A DNA stretch of 64,000 nt from Acidimicrobiia bacterium (GCA_965203555.1 CBDBCY010000004.1:128001-192000); one strand, 5' to 3'; positions 42,167-53,522 are shown, numbered from the stretch's first letter. The notes: generated from the letters alone by a model not told the origin. A program made the numbers and translations.

Positions 42167-42571
42167 ATGATGACCGATCCTGTCGCCGACATGTTGACCC
42201 GCATCCGCAACGGGATTTCCGCCCGTCACATGCGGGTAGAGATGCCCTCCTCTCGATTGAAGGAGCGCATCGCCCGTATCCTGTCCGCGGAAGGATTCGT
42301 GGACGGCTTCTCTGTCTCTCCGTTGGGAGGCGGCAAGCCGCATCGGACCTTGAAGATCGAACTGCGCTATTCGGATGAGAAGACTCCTGCCATTACCGGG
42401 CTGCGCCGGATCTCCAAACCCGGCCACCGCCGTTACAGCGGCGCCGCCGACATCAGTCGCGTGCAGGGAGGATTGGGCGTTGCGATAGTCTCCACCTCCC
42501 AGGGTCTGCTCACCGACCGAGAGGCCCGTCGGCGGCGGTTGGGCGGCGAGATCCTCTGCGAGGTGTGGTAG
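42167..42571 (+). CDS. rpsH: 30S ribosomal protein S8
   Basis: DPVADMLTRIRN, SKPG, STSQG. Confidence 0.97.
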   Translation: MMTDPVADMLTRIRNGISARHMRVEMPSSRLKERIARILSAEGFVDGFSVSPLGGGKPHRTLKIELRYSDEKTPAITGLRRISKPGHRRYSGAADISRVQGGLGVAIVSTSQGLLTDREARRRRLGGEILCEVW

Positions 42572-43110
42572 TGAGCAGAGTGGGAATAGCTCCCATCCCC
42601 ATTCCCCCGGAGGTCAAGCTGACGGTGAACGGTTCAGATGTGGTCGTGAACGGTCCTAGGGGGGAGCTTTCCCGCACCTTCCACGACAGGGTGAGGATCG
42701 AGGTCGACAACGGCCGGGCGCTGGTGACCCGGCGTGACGAATCGCGGATGTCACGGTCTCTCCACGGGCTGTCCCGGACCTTGCTGGCCAACATGGTTAC
42801 GGGGGTGGTGAAGGGTTATGTCAAGGAACTCACCGTGGTGGGAGTCGGATACCGGGCTCTGCTGCGCGGGCCCAAGCTGGTCCTGCAGGTGGGATTCAGC
42901 CATCCGGTGGAGATAGATCCGCCAGAGGGCATCACTTTCGAGTCCCCCCAGGCAACCCGCATCATCGTGAAGGGAATCGACAAACAGCAGGTGGGTCAGG
43001 TGGCAGCGGAAATCCGGCGCATCCGCCCGCCCGAGCCCTACAAAGGCAAGGGCATCCGCTATGTGGATGAGAAGGTGCGCCGCAAAGCAGGGAAGGCGGG
43101 AAGAGTATGA
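42571..43110 (+). CDS. rplF: 50S ribosomal protein L6
   Basis: [17 protein letters not shown]. Confidence 0.97.
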   Translation: MSRVGIAPIPIPPEVKLTVNGSDVVVNGPRGELSRTFHDRVRIEVDNGRALVTRRDESRMSRSLHGLSRTLLANMVTGVVKGYVKELTVVGVGYRALLRGPKLVLQVGFSHPVEIDPPEGITFESPQATRIIVKGIDKQQVGQVAAEIRRIRPPEPYKGKGIRYVDEKVRRKAGKAGRV

Positions 43111-43460
43111 AGGGCGCCCGTAGTCATGCCAGGATCAGGAGGCACCGGAGGGTACGTAAAAAGGTCCGGGGCAGTGCCGAGCGTCCCCGGTTGGCGGTGT
43201 TCCGTTCCAACCGGTACATTTACGCACAGGTCATCGATGATGATCGGGGGCATACGGTGGCGGCGGCTTCGTCGGTCGAACCGGCGCTGCGCACCCGGTC
43301 TCTTACTGTGGAGACGGCGGAGATGGTGGGTAGACTCTTGGCGGAGCGGTGCCGACGGGCCGGGGTGGAAACGGTAGTGTTTGACCGAGGGGGATACCAG
43401 TTTGCAGGAAGAGTCAAGGCCTTGGCGGACGCCGCTCGGGCTGACGGGTTGAGTTTCTAG
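43107..43460 (+). CDS. rplR: 50S ribosomal protein L18
   Basis: [16 protein letters not shown]. Confidence 0.97.
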   Translation: MKGARSHARIRRHRRVRKKVRGSAERPRLAVFRSNRYIYAQVIDDDRGHTVAAASSVEPALRTRSLTVETAEMVGRLLAERCRRAGVETVVFDRGGYQFAGRVKALADAARADGLSF

Positions 43461-43469
43461 AGGTAGCCC

Positions 43470-44021
43470 ATGGCCGAGATACAACAATACGAAGAGCGGG
43501 TCATAAAGATCAACCGGGTAGCCAAGGTCGTGAAGGGCGGACGCAGGTTTTCCTTCACCGCCCTGGTGGCGGTGGGAGACGGTGCGGGCCGGGTGGGGAT
43601 AGCTCACGGGAGGGCCAAAGAGGTGCCGGTGGCCATCCAGAAGGCGATGGAGATGGCCCGTCGCTCCATGATTACCGTCCCCATGACCGGGGCCACCGTG
43701 ATACACCAAACCATAGGCAAGCATGACGCGTCGCGGGTGCTGATCAAGCCGGCCTCTCCGGGTACGGGCGTGATCGCCGGGGGAGCGGTGCGCCAGATTC
43801 TCGAAGCGGCCGGAATCAGGGACGCCCTCGCCAAGTCGCTCGGTTCCCCTTCTCATCTCAATGTGGCCAGGGCCACTATGAACGCTTTGGCCGGGCAGCG
43901 CCGTCCTGACGATGTGGCTCGTCTGCGGGGCAAGCGGCCCGAGGAGTTCGTTCCTCCCGCCCTGTTGGACGCCTATCGCTCTACCGAGGCGGTTCGCGCC
44001 GCTCCCAAGCCGGTCCGATGA
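43470..44021 (+). CDS. rpsE: 30S ribosomal protein S5
   Basis: RVAKVVKGGRRFSF, GTGVIAGG. Confidence 0.97.
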   Translation: MAEIQQYEERVIKINRVAKVVKGGRRFSFTALVAVGDGAGRVGIAHGRAKEVPVAIQKAMEMARRSMITVPMTGATVIHQTIGKHDASRVLIKPASPGTGVIAGGAVRQILEAAGIRDALAKSLGSPSHLNVARATMNALAGQRRPDDVARLRGKRPEEFVPPALLDAYRSTEAVRAAPKPVR

Positions 44022-44212
44022 GCGGGCCCAAAACCCTCCGGGTCACGTTGAGACGCAGCGTCATAGGCCAAAAACCCAAGACCCGCCGAACGGTACGCGG
44101 CCTGGGGCTGTGCCGCATCGACCACACCGTGGAACATGCCGACCGGCCCGAAATAAGAGGGATGATCCACCGGGTCCGGCACCTGGTGGAAGTGGAGGAA
44201 TCCAATGTCTGA
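44018..44212 (+). CDS. rpmD: 50S ribosomal protein L30
   Basis: RSVIG..TVRGLGL..RGMIHRVRHLV. Confidence 0.93.
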   Translation: MSGPKTLRVTLRRSVIGQKPKTRRTVRGLGLCRIDHTVEHADRPEIRGMIHRVRHLVEVEESNV

Positions 44213-44654
44213 CCGCCTGATGCTTCATGATCTCAAGCCGGCGCCGGGATCCCGCAAGGCCAAGATTCGGGTCGGTAGGGGCAGGGCCGCCCGCCGGGGC
44301 CGGAAAGCCGGCCGGGGAACCAAGGGCATCAACGCCCGCAACAAACTGCGTCCCGGATTCGAGGGCGGCCAGACTCCGCTGTCGCGGCGCCTTCCCAAGT
44401 TGAAGGGTTTCAAAAACCCTCACCGCCAGGAATACACGGTGGTCAACCTGGGAGCGCTGGACGGATTCGGAGAGGGTGCGGTCCTCGGTCCCGAAACCCT
44501 CCGAGAAAAGGGTTTGGCGAAACGCCGGGGCAGGGTCAAGATCCTCGGCGATGGGGAGCTTACTTCGGGGATGACCGTCAAGGCCCATGCGTTCAGTGCT
44601 TCGGCTCGCCGTAAGATCGAAGCAGCGGGAGGAAAATGGGAAATAGTCTCCTGA
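44205..44654 (+). CDS. rplO: 50S ribosomal protein L15
   Basis: GRGTKG, FEGGQTPL. Confidence 0.96.
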   Translation: MSDRLMLHDLKPAPGSRKAKIRVGRGRAARRGRKAGRGTKGINARNKLRPGFEGGQTPLSRRLPKLKGFKNPHRQEYTVVNLGALDGFGEGAVLGPETLREKGLAKRRGRVKILGDGELTSGMTVKAHAFSASARRKIEAAGGKWEIVS

Positions 44655-44688
44655 TGGGTACGGTTTCCCCGCTCCGGGAGGATGTGCG

Positions 44689-45999
44689 ATGTTGAACATC
44701 TACCGGAACATGTTCAAAGTCCCGGATCTGCGGGGAAAGATTCTTTTTACGCTGGCGATTTTCGGGGTTTACCGATTGGGCGCCACCATACCGGTTCCCG
44801 GTATCGATCTGGAGGCGGTTCAGGCCTTCCAGGAACAGCAGCAGGCGGGAGGAATCTATGGTCTTCTGAACCTGTTCTCGGGTGGCGCCCTGGAGCAGTT
44901 CTCGGTGTTCTCGCTGGGGATCATTCCCTATATCACCGCTTCCATCATGATGCAGCTCCTCACCGTGGTGATCCCCAAACTGCAGGCTTTGCAGGACGAG
45001 GGAGAAGCGGGGCGGAAGGTTATCACCCAGTGGACCAGGTACACCACGGTGGTGCTGGCGCTGATCCAGTCGACCGGTTTCACATACCTGTTCCATGTCG
45101 GCCGTTTCACCAACGGCATCGATCTGGTCCCCAACTACACACCGGGCCGGGTGGCCCTGATCGTTCTGACCATGACGGCCGGAACCGCCTTCGTGATGTG
45201 GCTGGGTGAGCAGATCAGCCAGCGGGGGATCGGCAACGGAATGTCGCTTCTCATCTTCGTCTCCATCCTCAGCCAGTTCCCCTTCGTGTTCGGCCAGATC
45301 TGGGGACAGACCGCCGCCGTGGGGCTTTTCCTGCGCTTTGTGGTCATCATCCTGGTGTTCATGGTGGTGATAGTCACCATCATCTATGTCGATCAGGGTC
45401 AGCGGCGGATCCCGGTTTCCTTCGCCAAGAGGGTGCGGGGACGCCGGGTGATGGGCGGCCAGAACACATACATTCCGCTCAAGGTCAACACCGCCGGGGT
45501 GATCCCGGTGATCTTCGCCACCTCGATGCTTTTGTTCCCCTCGTTGATCGTCACTGCCATCCCCTCCGACGCGGCCTGGGTCCAGGCTCTGTACCGATGG
45601 GTCGATCAAAACCTGGGCGGCGGCGGGCAGATCAGTTGGTGGTACGTCGCTTTGTTGTTCTCTTTGATCATCTTCTTCACCTACTTCTACAACGCCATCC
45701 AGTTCGATCCTGCCCGCCAGGCAGAGATGTTGCAGAGGCAGGGTGGGTTCATACCGGGTGTGCGCCCGGGTGGGCAGACCGCATCGTTTCTGGGCAGAAT
45801 CCTCAACCGCATCACCCTTCCCGGGTCGGTCTTCTTGGCGGTGATCGCCGTTTTGCCGGCCCTGGCGGGTCTTCTGTGGAACATACCCATCAGTTTTTCC
45901 GGGGTATCCATACTGATTGTGGTGGGTGTGGCTCTTGAGACGATGAAACAGATCGAAAGCCAACTCACCATGCGCAACTACGAAGGTTTCCTTACCTGA
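44689..45999 (+). CDS. secY: Preprotein translocase SecY
   Basis: FSLGIIPYITAS, GIGNG, AGVIPVIFA, IPGVRPG. Confidence 0.98.
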   Translation: MLNIYRNMFKVPDLRGKILFTLAIFGVYRLGATIPVPGIDLEAVQAFQEQQQAGGIYGLLNLFSGGALEQFSVFSLGIIPYITASIMMQLLTVVIPKLQALQDEGEAGRKVITQWTRYTTVVLALIQSTGFTYLFHVGRFTNGIDLVPNYTPGRVALIVLTMTAGTAFVMWLGEQISQRGIGNGMSLLIFVSILSQFPFVFGQIWGQTAAVGLFLRFVVIILVFMVVIVTIIYVDQGQRRIPVSFAKRVRGRRVMGGQNTYIPLKVNTAGVIPVIFATSMLLFPSLIVTAIPSDAAWVQALYRWVDQNLGGGGQISWWYVALLFSLIIFFTYFYNAIQFDPARQAEMLQRQGGFIPGVRPGGQTASFLGRILNRITLPGSVFLAVIAVLPALAGLLWNIPISFSGVSILIVVGVALETMKQIESQLTMRNYEGFLT

Positions 46000-46016
46000 G
46001 CGATGGGACAAGGTAG

Positions 46017-46586
46017 ATGAGGCTTCTGATCGTGGGTCCGCCGGGGTCGGGGAAGGGTACCCAGGCTGTGCGGATGGCGCAGCAACTGGGAATCCCCCAC
46101 ATTTCCACCGGAGAGATGTTCCGTGGTCATGTCTCCCGCGGCACTGCGCTGGGAAAGCAGGTGAGGGTGTTGATGGAGGCGGGGGAATATGTTCCCGACC
46201 GGATCACCGGAGAGATGCTGGCTGAACGGTTGACTCATTCCGACACTTCCGGGGGGTTCATTCTCGACGGTTTTCCTCGCACCCTTCCCCAGGCGCGTCT
46301 GCTGGATGAACTCTTGACGGAAACGCCGCTGGATGCAGTGGTCTCGCTGGAAGTGGAGAATGAAGAACTGATGGGCAGGATGCTCTCCCGAGGTCGGGCG
46401 GATGACACCCCTGACACCATTCGTCGCCGCTTGGAGGTCTATCAGGTCCAGACGGCGCCGCTATTGGACTTCTACGCCTCTGCGGGGTTGATCCAGGCGG
46501 TGGATGGTTCCGGTGACATAAACCAGATAACCGAGCGCATCATGGTGACGCTTTCGACGACATTTCCGCGGCGGCGTCTTCTTTGA
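46017..46586 (+). CDS. adk: Adenylate kinase (short, LID-less type)
   Basis: GPPGSGKGTQ, LDGFPR, RGRADD. Confidence 0.96.
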   Translation: MRLLIVGPPGSGKGTQAVRMAQQLGIPHISTGEMFRGHVSRGTALGKQVRVLMEAGEYVPDRITGEMLAERLTHSDTSGGFILDGFPRTLPQARLLDELLTETPLDAVVSLEVENEELMGRMLSRGRADDTPDTIRRRLEVYQVQTAPLLDFYASAGLIQAVDGSGDINQITERIMVTLSTTFPRRRLL

Positions 46587-47365
46587 TCACCTTTAAGACA
46601 CCCGCCCAGTTCAAGAAGATGGAGGTGGCGGGGCGGTGCGTGGCAAAGGTCCACGAAGCTGTCCGGGAGGCGGTCCGCCCGGGAGTCACCACCATGGAGT
46701 TGGACCAAGTGGCTGAGAGAGTGATCCGTGCGCATGGGTGCATTCCCTCTTTTCTGGGGTACCGCGGTTTTCCGGCCTCCATATGCTCATCCCCCAACGA
46801 TGTGATCGTTCACGGCATCCCTGACTTTCGACGGTTGCGCTCCGGGGACCTGCTTTCCATTGATGTCGGGGCCATCTACGAGGGTTTTCACGCCGATGCC
46901 GCTTTCACGGTTGCGGTGGGCGACGTGTCGGACGAGGCGGCTGCCCTGTCGGACACCACCTACAAGGCCCTGTGGGCGGGCCTGCGGATGGCCCGTCCCC
47001 GGATGAGAATCGGAGATATAGGGGCTGCGGTGGAGGCGTTGGCTCGTCCTGCAGGCTACGGGGTGGTGGAAGGCTATGTCGGGCACGGCATTGGCCGGCA
47101 GATGCACGAAAAGCCCGACGTTCCCAATGTGGGACGACCCGGCAAGGGAGTGAAACTGAGAGTGGGGATGGCTCTGTGCGTAGAGCCCATGTTCAATCTG
47201 GGCGCCGCCGACACCCGGGTGGACCCCGACGGTTGGACGGTGCGTACCGCTGATGGTACGCTGTCGGCGCATTGGGAACACACCGTTTGTCTCACCCCTG
47301 ACGGGCCTCTGGTCACCACCACTGCGTCGGCAATCAATTTGCTTGAAGCGGCGTGTAGTTGGTAA
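46583..47365 (+). CDS. map: Methionine aminopeptidase type I
   Basis: VHGIP, GHGIG, EPM, SAHWEHT. Confidence 0.96.
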   Translation: MITFKTPAQFKKMEVAGRCVAKVHEAVREAVRPGVTTMELDQVAERVIRAHGCIPSFLGYRGFPASICSSPNDVIVHGIPDFRRLRSGDLLSIDVGAIYEGFHADAAFTVAVGDVSDEAAALSDTTYKALWAGLRMARPRMRIGDIGAAVEALARPAGYGVVEGYVGHGIGRQMHEKPDVPNVGRPGKGVKLRVGMALCVEPMFNLGAADTRVDPDGWTVRTADGTLSAHWEHTVCLTPDGPLVTTTASAINLLEAACSW

Positions 47366-47395
47366 TATGCATGAAGTTGGCGCGAAAAACTCCGA

Positions 47396-47617
47396 ATGAC
47401 TGAAGACGCTTCCGTTGTTCGGGTCCAGGGCACCGTTCTTCAAAACCTTCCGAATGCCACATTCAAGGTGGAGGTTGACGGTGGCCTGGTGGTGTTGGCT
47501 CATGTTTCGGGGAAAATGCGTATGAGATACATCCGGATTCTTCCTGGTGACCGAGTGGACCTGGAGTTGTCTGCCTACGACCCCACCAGGGGCAGAATCG
47601 TCTGGAGATACAGGTGA
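47396..47617 (+). CDS. infA: Translation initiation factor IF-1
   Basis: [21 protein letters not shown]. Confidence 0.97.
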   Translation: MTEDASVVRVQGTVLQNLPNATFKVEVDGGLVVLAHVSGKMRMRYIRILPGDRVDLELSAYDPTRGRIVWRYR

Positions 47618-47727
47618 AAGTAAAACCATCGACCCGCAAGATGTGCGAGAAGTGCCGGATAATCCGGCGCCACCGTCGCGTGTGGGTTATTTGCGAAAAC
47701 CCCCGGCACAAGCAAAGGCAGGGATGA
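47614..47727 (+). CDS. rpmJ: 50S ribosomal protein L36
   Basis: Hand translation: [37 protein letters not shown] (below the ORF-track cutoff). Confidence 0.96.
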   Translation: MKVKPSTRKMCEKCRIIRRHRRVWVICENPRHKQRQG

Positions 47728-47730
47728 GCA

Positions 47731-48111
47731 GTGGCCAGAATTGCCGGCGTAGATCTGCCTCGCGACAAGCGGTTGGAAATCTCACTGACCTACATCTTTG
47801 GAGTAGGCCGCTCCCGGGCGCTGGAGATCTGTGAGTTCATGAGAATCGATCCGGGCACCAAGGTGCGGGATCTGACCGAAGAGGAAGCGGCCTCCATCAG
47901 GCGCTTCATCGACGTCAACTATCAGGTGGAAGGTGATCTGCGCCGCCAGATCGGCCAGAACATCCGCCGCAAGACCGAGATCAGTTGCTACCAGGGCATC
48001 CGGCATCGTCGCGGCTTGCCGGTTCGCGGTCAGCGGACCCATACCAACGGGCGGACTCGCAAGGGCAGACGGATAGCGATTGCCGGCAAGAAAAAGCCTG
48101 CCAAACACTGA
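47731..48111 (+). CDS. rpsM: 30S ribosomal protein S13
   Basis: [19 protein letters not shown]. Confidence 0.98.
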   Translation: MARIAGVDLPRDKRLEISLTYIFGVGRSRALEICEFMRIDPGTKVRDLTEEEAASIRRFIDVNYQVEGDLRRQIGQNIRRKTEISCYQGIRHRRGLPVRGQRTHTNGRTRKGRRIAIAGKKKPAKH

Positions 48112-48128
48112 GAACGCTAAGGGGCGAT

Positions 48129-48524
48129 ATGGCTGCCAGAGGACCACAAAAACGGGTGCGCCGCCGTGAGCGCAAGAACATCGCTTACGCCAAAGCACAC
48201 ATCAAGGCAAGTTTCAATAACACCATCATCAACATCACCGACCAGCAGGGAAACACCATCGTGTGGACCTCGGGAGGTTCGGTGGGATTCAAGGGTTCTC
48301 GCAAGTCGACCCCTTACGCGGCCCAGCTTGCAGCCGAGGAGGCCGCCCGGCAGGCCGGAGAGCATGGTGTGCGCAAGATAGAGGTGATCATCAGCGGCAC
48401 CGGTCCGGGCAAGGATGCGTGGCGGACCCTGCAGCACATGGGACTGGAGGTTGCCGGTTCTCCTCGCGACGCCACTCCCACCGTTCACAACGGATGCCGC
48501 CCCAAGAAGCGGAGAAGAGGCTGA
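48129..48524 (+). CDS. rpsK: 30S ribosomal protein S11
   Basis: [26 protein letters not shown]. Confidence 0.96.
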   Translation: MAARGPQKRVRRRERKNIAYAKAHIKASFNNTIINITDQQGNTIVWTSGGSVGFKGSRKSTPYAAQLAAEEAARQAGEHGVRKIEVIISGTGPGKDAWRTLQHMGLEVAGSPRDATPTVHNGCRPKKRRRG

Positions 48525-49129
48525 TGGCCCGCTACACCGGCCCCCGACACAAGGCTTGCCGCCGGGCGCGCGAGACGCTCTGTCAATCCCGCAAATGTCC
48601 GGTGGACCGCCGTCCCTATCCCCCCGGGGAGCACGGGCGACGCAGGATCAGGGAGAGCGACTATCTTATCCGTCTGCGGGAGAAGCAGAAGCTGCGGGCC
48701 ATGTATGGTGTCCTGGAGCGTCAGTTCCGCGGCTACTACCATCGCGCCGCCCGGGGTGAGGGCATCACCGGAGAGAGTCTGCTGCGGCTCTTGGAGTTGC
48801 GCCTCGACAATGTGGTTTGGAGATCCGGCATGGCGGCCACTCGGGCCCAGGCCCGTCAATTGGTCAACCACGGCCACTTCCAGGTCAACGGCAAGAAGGT
48901 TGATATCCCGTCCTACCAGGTGCGCCAGGGTGACGTGGTGACTCTTCGGGAAAAGAGCACGGACCTGATCATCGTGCAACACGCCATAGATACGCTCACC
49001 CGCAACGTTCCTGAATGGCTGACCGTTGATCATGAAGCGCGCCGGATCGAGGTATTCAGCCTGCCCAGCAAAGAGCAGATTGACACACGCATCGACGTGC
49101 AGTTGGTCGTTGAGCTCTATTCGAAGTAA
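48524..49129 (+). CDS. rpsD: 30S ribosomal protein S4
   Basis: [27 protein letters not shown]. Confidence 0.97.
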   Translation: MARYTGPRHKACRRARETLCQSRKCPVDRRPYPPGEHGRRRIRESDYLIRLREKQKLRAMYGVLERQFRGYYHRAARGEGITGESLLRLLELRLDNVVWRSGMAATRAQARQLVNHGHFQVNGKKVDIPSYQVRQGDVVTLREKSTDLIIVQHAIDTLTRNVPEWLTVDHEARRIEVFSLPSKEQIDTRIDVQLVVELYSK

Positions 49130-49156
49130 TCCGAAGGGTAGAAGGGGGTTTTTGCC

Positions 49157-50116
49157 ATGTTGATAGTTCAACGTCCTGAGATATTCGAGAAAGAGAAGAG
49201 CGAAGTCCGTTCGGAGTTTGTGATGGAGCCGTTGGAGCCCGGTTTGGGACACACCCTCGGCAACACTGTCAGGCGCTCGCTTCTGTCCCGGGTACCGGGG
49301 GCGGCCATAACCGCCATTCAGATCGAGGGGACCGACCACGAGTTCGCCACCATCGAGGGTGTGGTGGAGGACGTGGTGGACATCATCCTCAATCTCAAGG
49401 CGGTGGTGATCCGCCTGGAGGGAAGCGGTCCCGAGCGAGTGTATCTCAAGGCAACGGGCGCCGGGCCTGTCTCCGCGGGAGCTTTCGAGACGCCGGCCGA
49501 GGTGAAGGTGATCAATCCCACGACTCACATCGCCACCCTTTCGACGAGGGGCCGGTTGGAGATCGAGGCCTGGGTCCATGCCGGCGTGGGCTACCGGTCC
49601 GCTGAGGACAACAAGGAGAAGACCAGCGGAGCGGTGGGGGTGATCCCCATCGATTCCATTTTCTCGCCGGTGCGCCGGGTGTCCTACAGGGTGGAGAACA
49701 CCCAGGTCGGTCAGATGACCAACTACGAGCGGCTCATCCTCGACGTTGAGACCAATGGGTCGGTACGTCCGGCGCAGGCGGTGTCCTCGGTGGGCAAGAC
49801 GCTGGGAGAATTGGTCGGCCTTATCGCCGGAGTGGGCGAGGGTATGGGACTGGAACTGGGCGACTTCCCGGTTCCCGAAACCGGAAGCGATGACCTTCAT
49901 CTTCCCATCGAAGCCCTGGAGTTGTCCGAGCGGCCCCGCAACTGTTTGCGGCGGTCGGGAATCGCCACGGTGGGAGATCTGGTGAAGTGCACCTCAGGAC
50001 AACTGCTCGACATCACCAACTTCGGGCAGAGGAGCCTGGAGGAGGTCCAGGAGCGTCTCGATGAAATGGGTTTGAGCCTCAGCGACCAGGAAGCGTCCAA
50101 TGCCGCGTCCTCCTAA
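49157..50116 (+). CDS. rpoA: RNA polymerase alpha subunit
   Basis: [31 protein letters not shown]. Confidence 0.97.
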   Translation: MLIVQRPEIFEKEKSEVRSEFVMEPLEPGLGHTLGNTVRRSLLSRVPGAAITAIQIEGTDHEFATIEGVVEDVVDIILNLKAVVIRLEGSGPERVYLKATGAGPVSAGAFETPAEVKVINPTTHIATLSTRGRLEIEAWVHAGVGYRSAEDNKEKTSGAVGVIPIDSIFSPVRRVSYRVENTQVGQMTNYERLILDVETNGSVRPAQAVSSVGKTLGELVGLIAGVGEGMGLELGDFPVPETGSDDLHLPIEALELSERPRNCLRRSGIATVGDLVKCTSGQLLDITNFGQRSLEEVQERLDEMGLSLSDQEASNAASS

Positions 50117-50450
50117 AGGCGCCCGCCTGGGGGGTTCCCCCGCCCATCACCACAGAATGATGGCCAACCTGGCTGCTTCATTGATTATCGAGGAGAAGAT
50201 CACCACCACTCATGGCCGGGCCCGCTCGGTGCGTCCCGTAGTGGAGAAACTGATAACCCGGGCACGGCGCGGCGACCTGCATTCCAGGCGGATCGTTCTC
50301 AGGACCATTCAGGACACCGACGTGGTGACCAAGCTCTTCGACGAGGTGGCGCCTCGCTACAACCACCGTCCCGGCGGCTATACCCGCATCGTCAAGTTGG
50401 GTCCCCGGCGCGGGGACGGGGCGGAGATGGCCGTCATCGAGTTGGTTTGA
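50100..50450 (+). CDS. rplQ: 50S ribosomal protein L17
   Basis: [14 protein letters not shown]. Confidence 0.97.
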   Translation: MPRPPKGARLGGSPAHHHRMMANLAASLIIEEKITTTHGRARSVRPVVEKLITRARRGDLHSRRIVLRTIQDTDVVTKLFDEVAPRYNHRPGGYTRIVKLGPRRGDGAEMAVIELV

Positions 50451-50487
50451 CGGCCGACTCCCTGGTGCGGCGCCGCGGTATCAGGCG

Positions 50488-50988
50488 ATGATCATCATCA
50501 GGAGGGCGGCGGCCGCAGCCTTCTTTCGAAAGAACGCGGTGTTCGAGATCTACCTGGATCACCGCGCCACCGCAGACGCGGCCCTACTCATCCTCGGATT
50601 GGCCGGAATCGGCTACCTGTGGAGGGTGGTCCTTGAAGGTTATAGATTCTCGGTGTGGAATCTGCTGCTCTTGCTGCTCAACGCATTGATGCTCTGGATC
50701 GTTCGGGCGGGTGTCTGCCTGCTGGTCGGCAAGGTCTTTTTCCGCAAAGACTCGTCGATGGCGACCATCATGCGTCTCCAGGGATTCTGCTACCTGCCGC
50801 TGGTATTGACTTTTCTCTCTGCCTCGATCGGCGTGTTCGGCATCATCTGGTTCTTGGCTTTGCTGGTGTTTGCCACCGCCGAAGCGATGGAGTTGCTGAT
50901 CTGGCAGGCCGCGGTGACGATTGCTGCCAGCGTGGTCGGGCTGTTCCTCATCAGCCCTCTGCTCTGGGGTGGCTACCGGCTGTTCTAG
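50488..50988 (+). CDS. Small multi-pass membrane protein (Yip1-like)
   Basis: About 5 hydrophobic segments; fills the rplQ-truA gap. Confidence 0.65.
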   Translation: MIIIRRAAAAAFFRKNAVFEIYLDHRATADAALLILGLAGIGYLWRVVLEGYRFSVWNLLLLLLNALMLWIVRAGVCLLVGKVFFRKDSSMATIMRLQGFCYLPLVLTFLSASIGVFGIIWFLALLVFATAEAMELLIWQAAVTIAASVVGLFLISPLLWGGYRLF

Positions 50989-51783
50989 ATGACGCGTTCA
51001 CAAGCGGTCGGGCTGTTCTCCTATCGTCTCGACCTGGCCTATGAGGGAACCGGGTTTCACGGCTTCGCTCGACAGCCGTCGGTGCGGACCGTGCAGGTAG
51101 AGTTGGAGAAGGCGCTGCGGGTAGTGCTCCGGGAAGAGGTGACCAGCACCTGTGCCGGCCGCACGGACGCCGGAGTCCATGCCCGCCGCCAAGTGGTCAG
51201 CATGACCCTGGGGCGCCCGGTGGAAGACCCGATGGCGGTGGTTCGCTCTCTCAATCGGCTTCTGCCTGCGGACATGGCTGTCATTCGACTGTCTGCGGTA
51301 GCCGAGGGGTGGAGCGCCCGCTTCACGGCGAAGTGGCGGGCTTACCGTTACCATTTACGGACCGATCCGGCGCCCGACCCGTTGCAACGTCGCCTGGTTT
51401 GGCATGTGGGGTTTCCATTGGACGTCGAGGCCATGAATCGGGCGGCAGGCCATCTGGTGGGAATCCATGACTTCGCGTCTTTCTGCCGCGCCGCGGAAGG
51501 TCGCTCCACCGTTCGAGAGGTCGAGTATGCGCGCTGGAGTGTGCACGGAGTTGGCCGCCTGGTGTTTGAAGTCCGGGCGTCGGCGTTCTGTCACCAGATG
51601 GTTAGATCGCTGGTGGGGTGGTGTGTGGCCGTCGGCCGGGGACGCCGCCGCGCCGCTGAGACTCCCGCCGTGCTCGCAGCCCGCTCTCGGCAGGCGGCTG
51701 GTCCGGTGGCGCCTCCCCATGGGCTGATCCTTTGGGAAGTAGGTTATGGAGAGACCGGAGACGAAGAGACCGGAGACGGTTAG
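50989..51783 (+). CDS. truA: tRNA pseudouridine(38-40) synthase
   Basis: YEGTGFHG, AGRTDAGVHA, HDF, FCHQMVR. Confidence 0.96.
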   Translation: MTRSQAVGLFSYRLDLAYEGTGFHGFARQPSVRTVQVELEKALRVVLREEVTSTCAGRTDAGVHARRQVVSMTLGRPVEDPMAVVRSLNRLLPADMAVIRLSAVAEGWSARFTAKWRAYRYHLRTDPAPDPLQRRLVWHVGFPLDVEAMNRAAGHLVGIHDFASFCRAAEGRSTVREVEYARWSVHGVGRLVFEVRASAFCHQMVRSLVGWCVAVGRGRRRAAETPAVLAARSRQAAGPVAPPHGLILWEVGYGETGDEETGDG

Positions 51784-51792
51784 GAGAAGGTT

Positions 51793-52446
51793 GTGAGAGT
51801 TAAGGCTGTGCTGTTCGACGCCGGTGGGACATTGGTTTTGCAACACCCCGAGTTGATGGGCGAAGTATTGGGCGTCGATCTCGACCAGGACTCCTGCTTC
51901 GAGGCCCATTATCTGGCCATGGACGCCTACTCGCGGCGCTATCGCAACGGTGTGCGAACCCATGGCTGGGAGTGGTGGTTGGAGCACTATTTCACCACCT
52001 TGCAGGTTCCGTCCCCATCGGAAGCCGGGCCCAGAATCCGGTTCGGTCACGGTATGTGGAATCTGCCCATTCGGGGAGTGGAGGCAGGGGTGTCCCGCCT
52101 GCTGGACCAGGGCATGCGCTGCGCGGTCATCTCGAACTCGGACGGATCGATTCGGGCCTCTTTGGCGGAAGCCGACCTCTCCCATCTGTTTGAGTTCGTG
52201 ATCGACTCTTCCGAGGTGGGTTGCCGCAAGCCCCAACCGAAGATCTTCGAGATGGGCATCGAGAAACTGGGCGGGGTCACTGCCGGTGAGGTGGCTTACG
52301 TGGGTGATTCCATGTTCCACGACGTGGACGGGGCGCTGCAGGCCGGCTACGGTCAGGCCTGGTTGGTGGATCCCTTGGGCCTCTATCCCGATCAGATCTT
52401 GCGGGTGTCGTCGGTGGCAGCAATGCCCGAAGCCCTGGGGCTTTGA
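51793..52446 (+). CDS. HAD family hydrolase
   Basis: FDAGGTL, ISNSD, KP..IF, VGDS..DV.GA. Confidence 0.9.
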   Translation: MRVKAVLFDAGGTLVLQHPELMGEVLGVDLDQDSCFEAHYLAMDAYSRRYRNGVRTHGWEWWLEHYFTTLQVPSPSEAGPRIRFGHGMWNLPIRGVEAGVSRLLDQGMRCAVISNSDGSIRASLAEADLSHLFEFVIDSSEVGCRKPQPKIFEMGIEKLGGVTAGEVAYVGDSMFHDVDGALQAGYGQAWLVDPLGLYPDQILRVSSVAAMPEALGL

Positions 52447-52674
52447 GGTGGTCACGGCCTGCACCGCCGCACTGGGATCGGACGGAGGCGCAGCCGGCCC
52501 GCTGGACGGAAGATCTGACCTATCTCCTGCTTTTCCATGCGCTCCGCAGAAAATCCCGTTTTTGATCTGGAGCGGGGCGGCTTTATCATTGGGGGGCCGA
52601 GTCGGCTATTCGGCTCAGTTTGGCGCCCTTTTCATCTAAATGGAGTTTGTGGCTTGACTGCGCGAACTAAACCT

Positions 52675-53133
52675 GTGATCTCCAAGACCTTCTCGCCCTC
52701 CGCTGACCGGGTTGATCCCGATTGGTGGGTGGTGGACGCTTCCGGCCTTCCGCTGGGGAGGCTGGCGTCGGAGATAGCCAAAGTGATCCGCGGTAAGCAC
52801 AAGCCGACTTTCGCTCCCCACGTCGACGGAGGCGACTACGTGGTGGTTGTAAACGCCGACCGAGTGGGCCTGACCGCGTCCAAGAGGGAGCAAAAGGTGT
52901 ACTACCGGCACTCAGGCTATCCGGGCGGTATCAAAGCTGAGTCATTTCAGTCTCTCATCAGGCGGCGACCGCAAGAAGTGATCGAACGGGCCGTGCGGGG
53001 GATGCTTCCCAAGAACCGGCTGGGGAGAAAGATGTTCCGCAAACTCAAGGTTTATGCAGGGGCCTCCCATCCGCACGCTTCCCAAAAGCCGGTGGCCTTG
53101 GAGCTGAAGATCCGTAAGGTGGACGATAGATGA
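52675..53133 (+). CDS. rplM: 50S ribosomal protein L13
   Basis: WWVVDA, LGRLAS, GKHKP, HSGYPGG; GTG 52675 chosen as start. Confidence 0.96.
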   Translation: MISKTFSPSADRVDPDWWVVDASGLPLGRLASEIAKVIRGKHKPTFAPHVDGGDYVVVVNADRVGLTASKREQKVYYRHSGYPGGIKAESFQSLIRRRPQEVIERAVRGMLPKNRLGRKMFRKLKVYAGASHPHASQKPVALELKIRKVDDR

Positions 53134-53522
53134 GCGCTCCGTTGGTTCAAGCGACCGGACGCCGCAAGGCCTCGGTGGCGCGGGTAAGGCTTTACGAGGG
53201 GAGCGGACAGATCACCCTGAACAAGCGCCCTATCGAAGATTACTTCCCGACCATTGCTCGCCGGATCAGAGTGTTGGAACCGTTGGAGGTCACCAGCACC
53301 AGGGGCCGGTATGATGTCAACGCCACTCTTCACGGAGGAGGCGTCACGGGACAGGCCGATGCCCTGCGACTGGGAATCGCCCGCGCATTGGCGGAGGTGG
53401 AACCCGGATTGCGTCTCACTCTGAAGAGGCAGGGTCTGCTGCGCCGGGACGCGCGGGTGGTGGAGCGCAAGAAGTACGGCCTGAAGAAAGCCCGCCGCGC
53501 TCCCCAGTACACCAAGCGCTGA
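53130..53522 (+). CDS. rpsI: 30S ribosomal protein S9
   Basis: [32 protein letters not shown]. Confidence 0.97.
   Translation: MSAPLVQATGRRKASVARVRLYEGSGQITLNKRPIEDYFPTIARRIRVLEPLEVTSTRGRYDVNATLHGGGVTGQADALRLGIARALAEVEPGLRLTLKRQGLLRRDARVVERKKYGLKKARRAPQYTKR

Noticed and set aside
48395-48490. Divergent stretch in S11 ([16 protein letters not shown]...GSPRDATP)
   Set aside because: The frame is intact and flanking motifs are conserved; it cannot be distinguished from ordinary lineage divergence without an alignment.
51750-51780. GAGACCGGAGAC direct repeat at the end of truA
   Set aside because: Short in-frame duplication in a non-conserved tail; no evidence that it is a target-site duplication.
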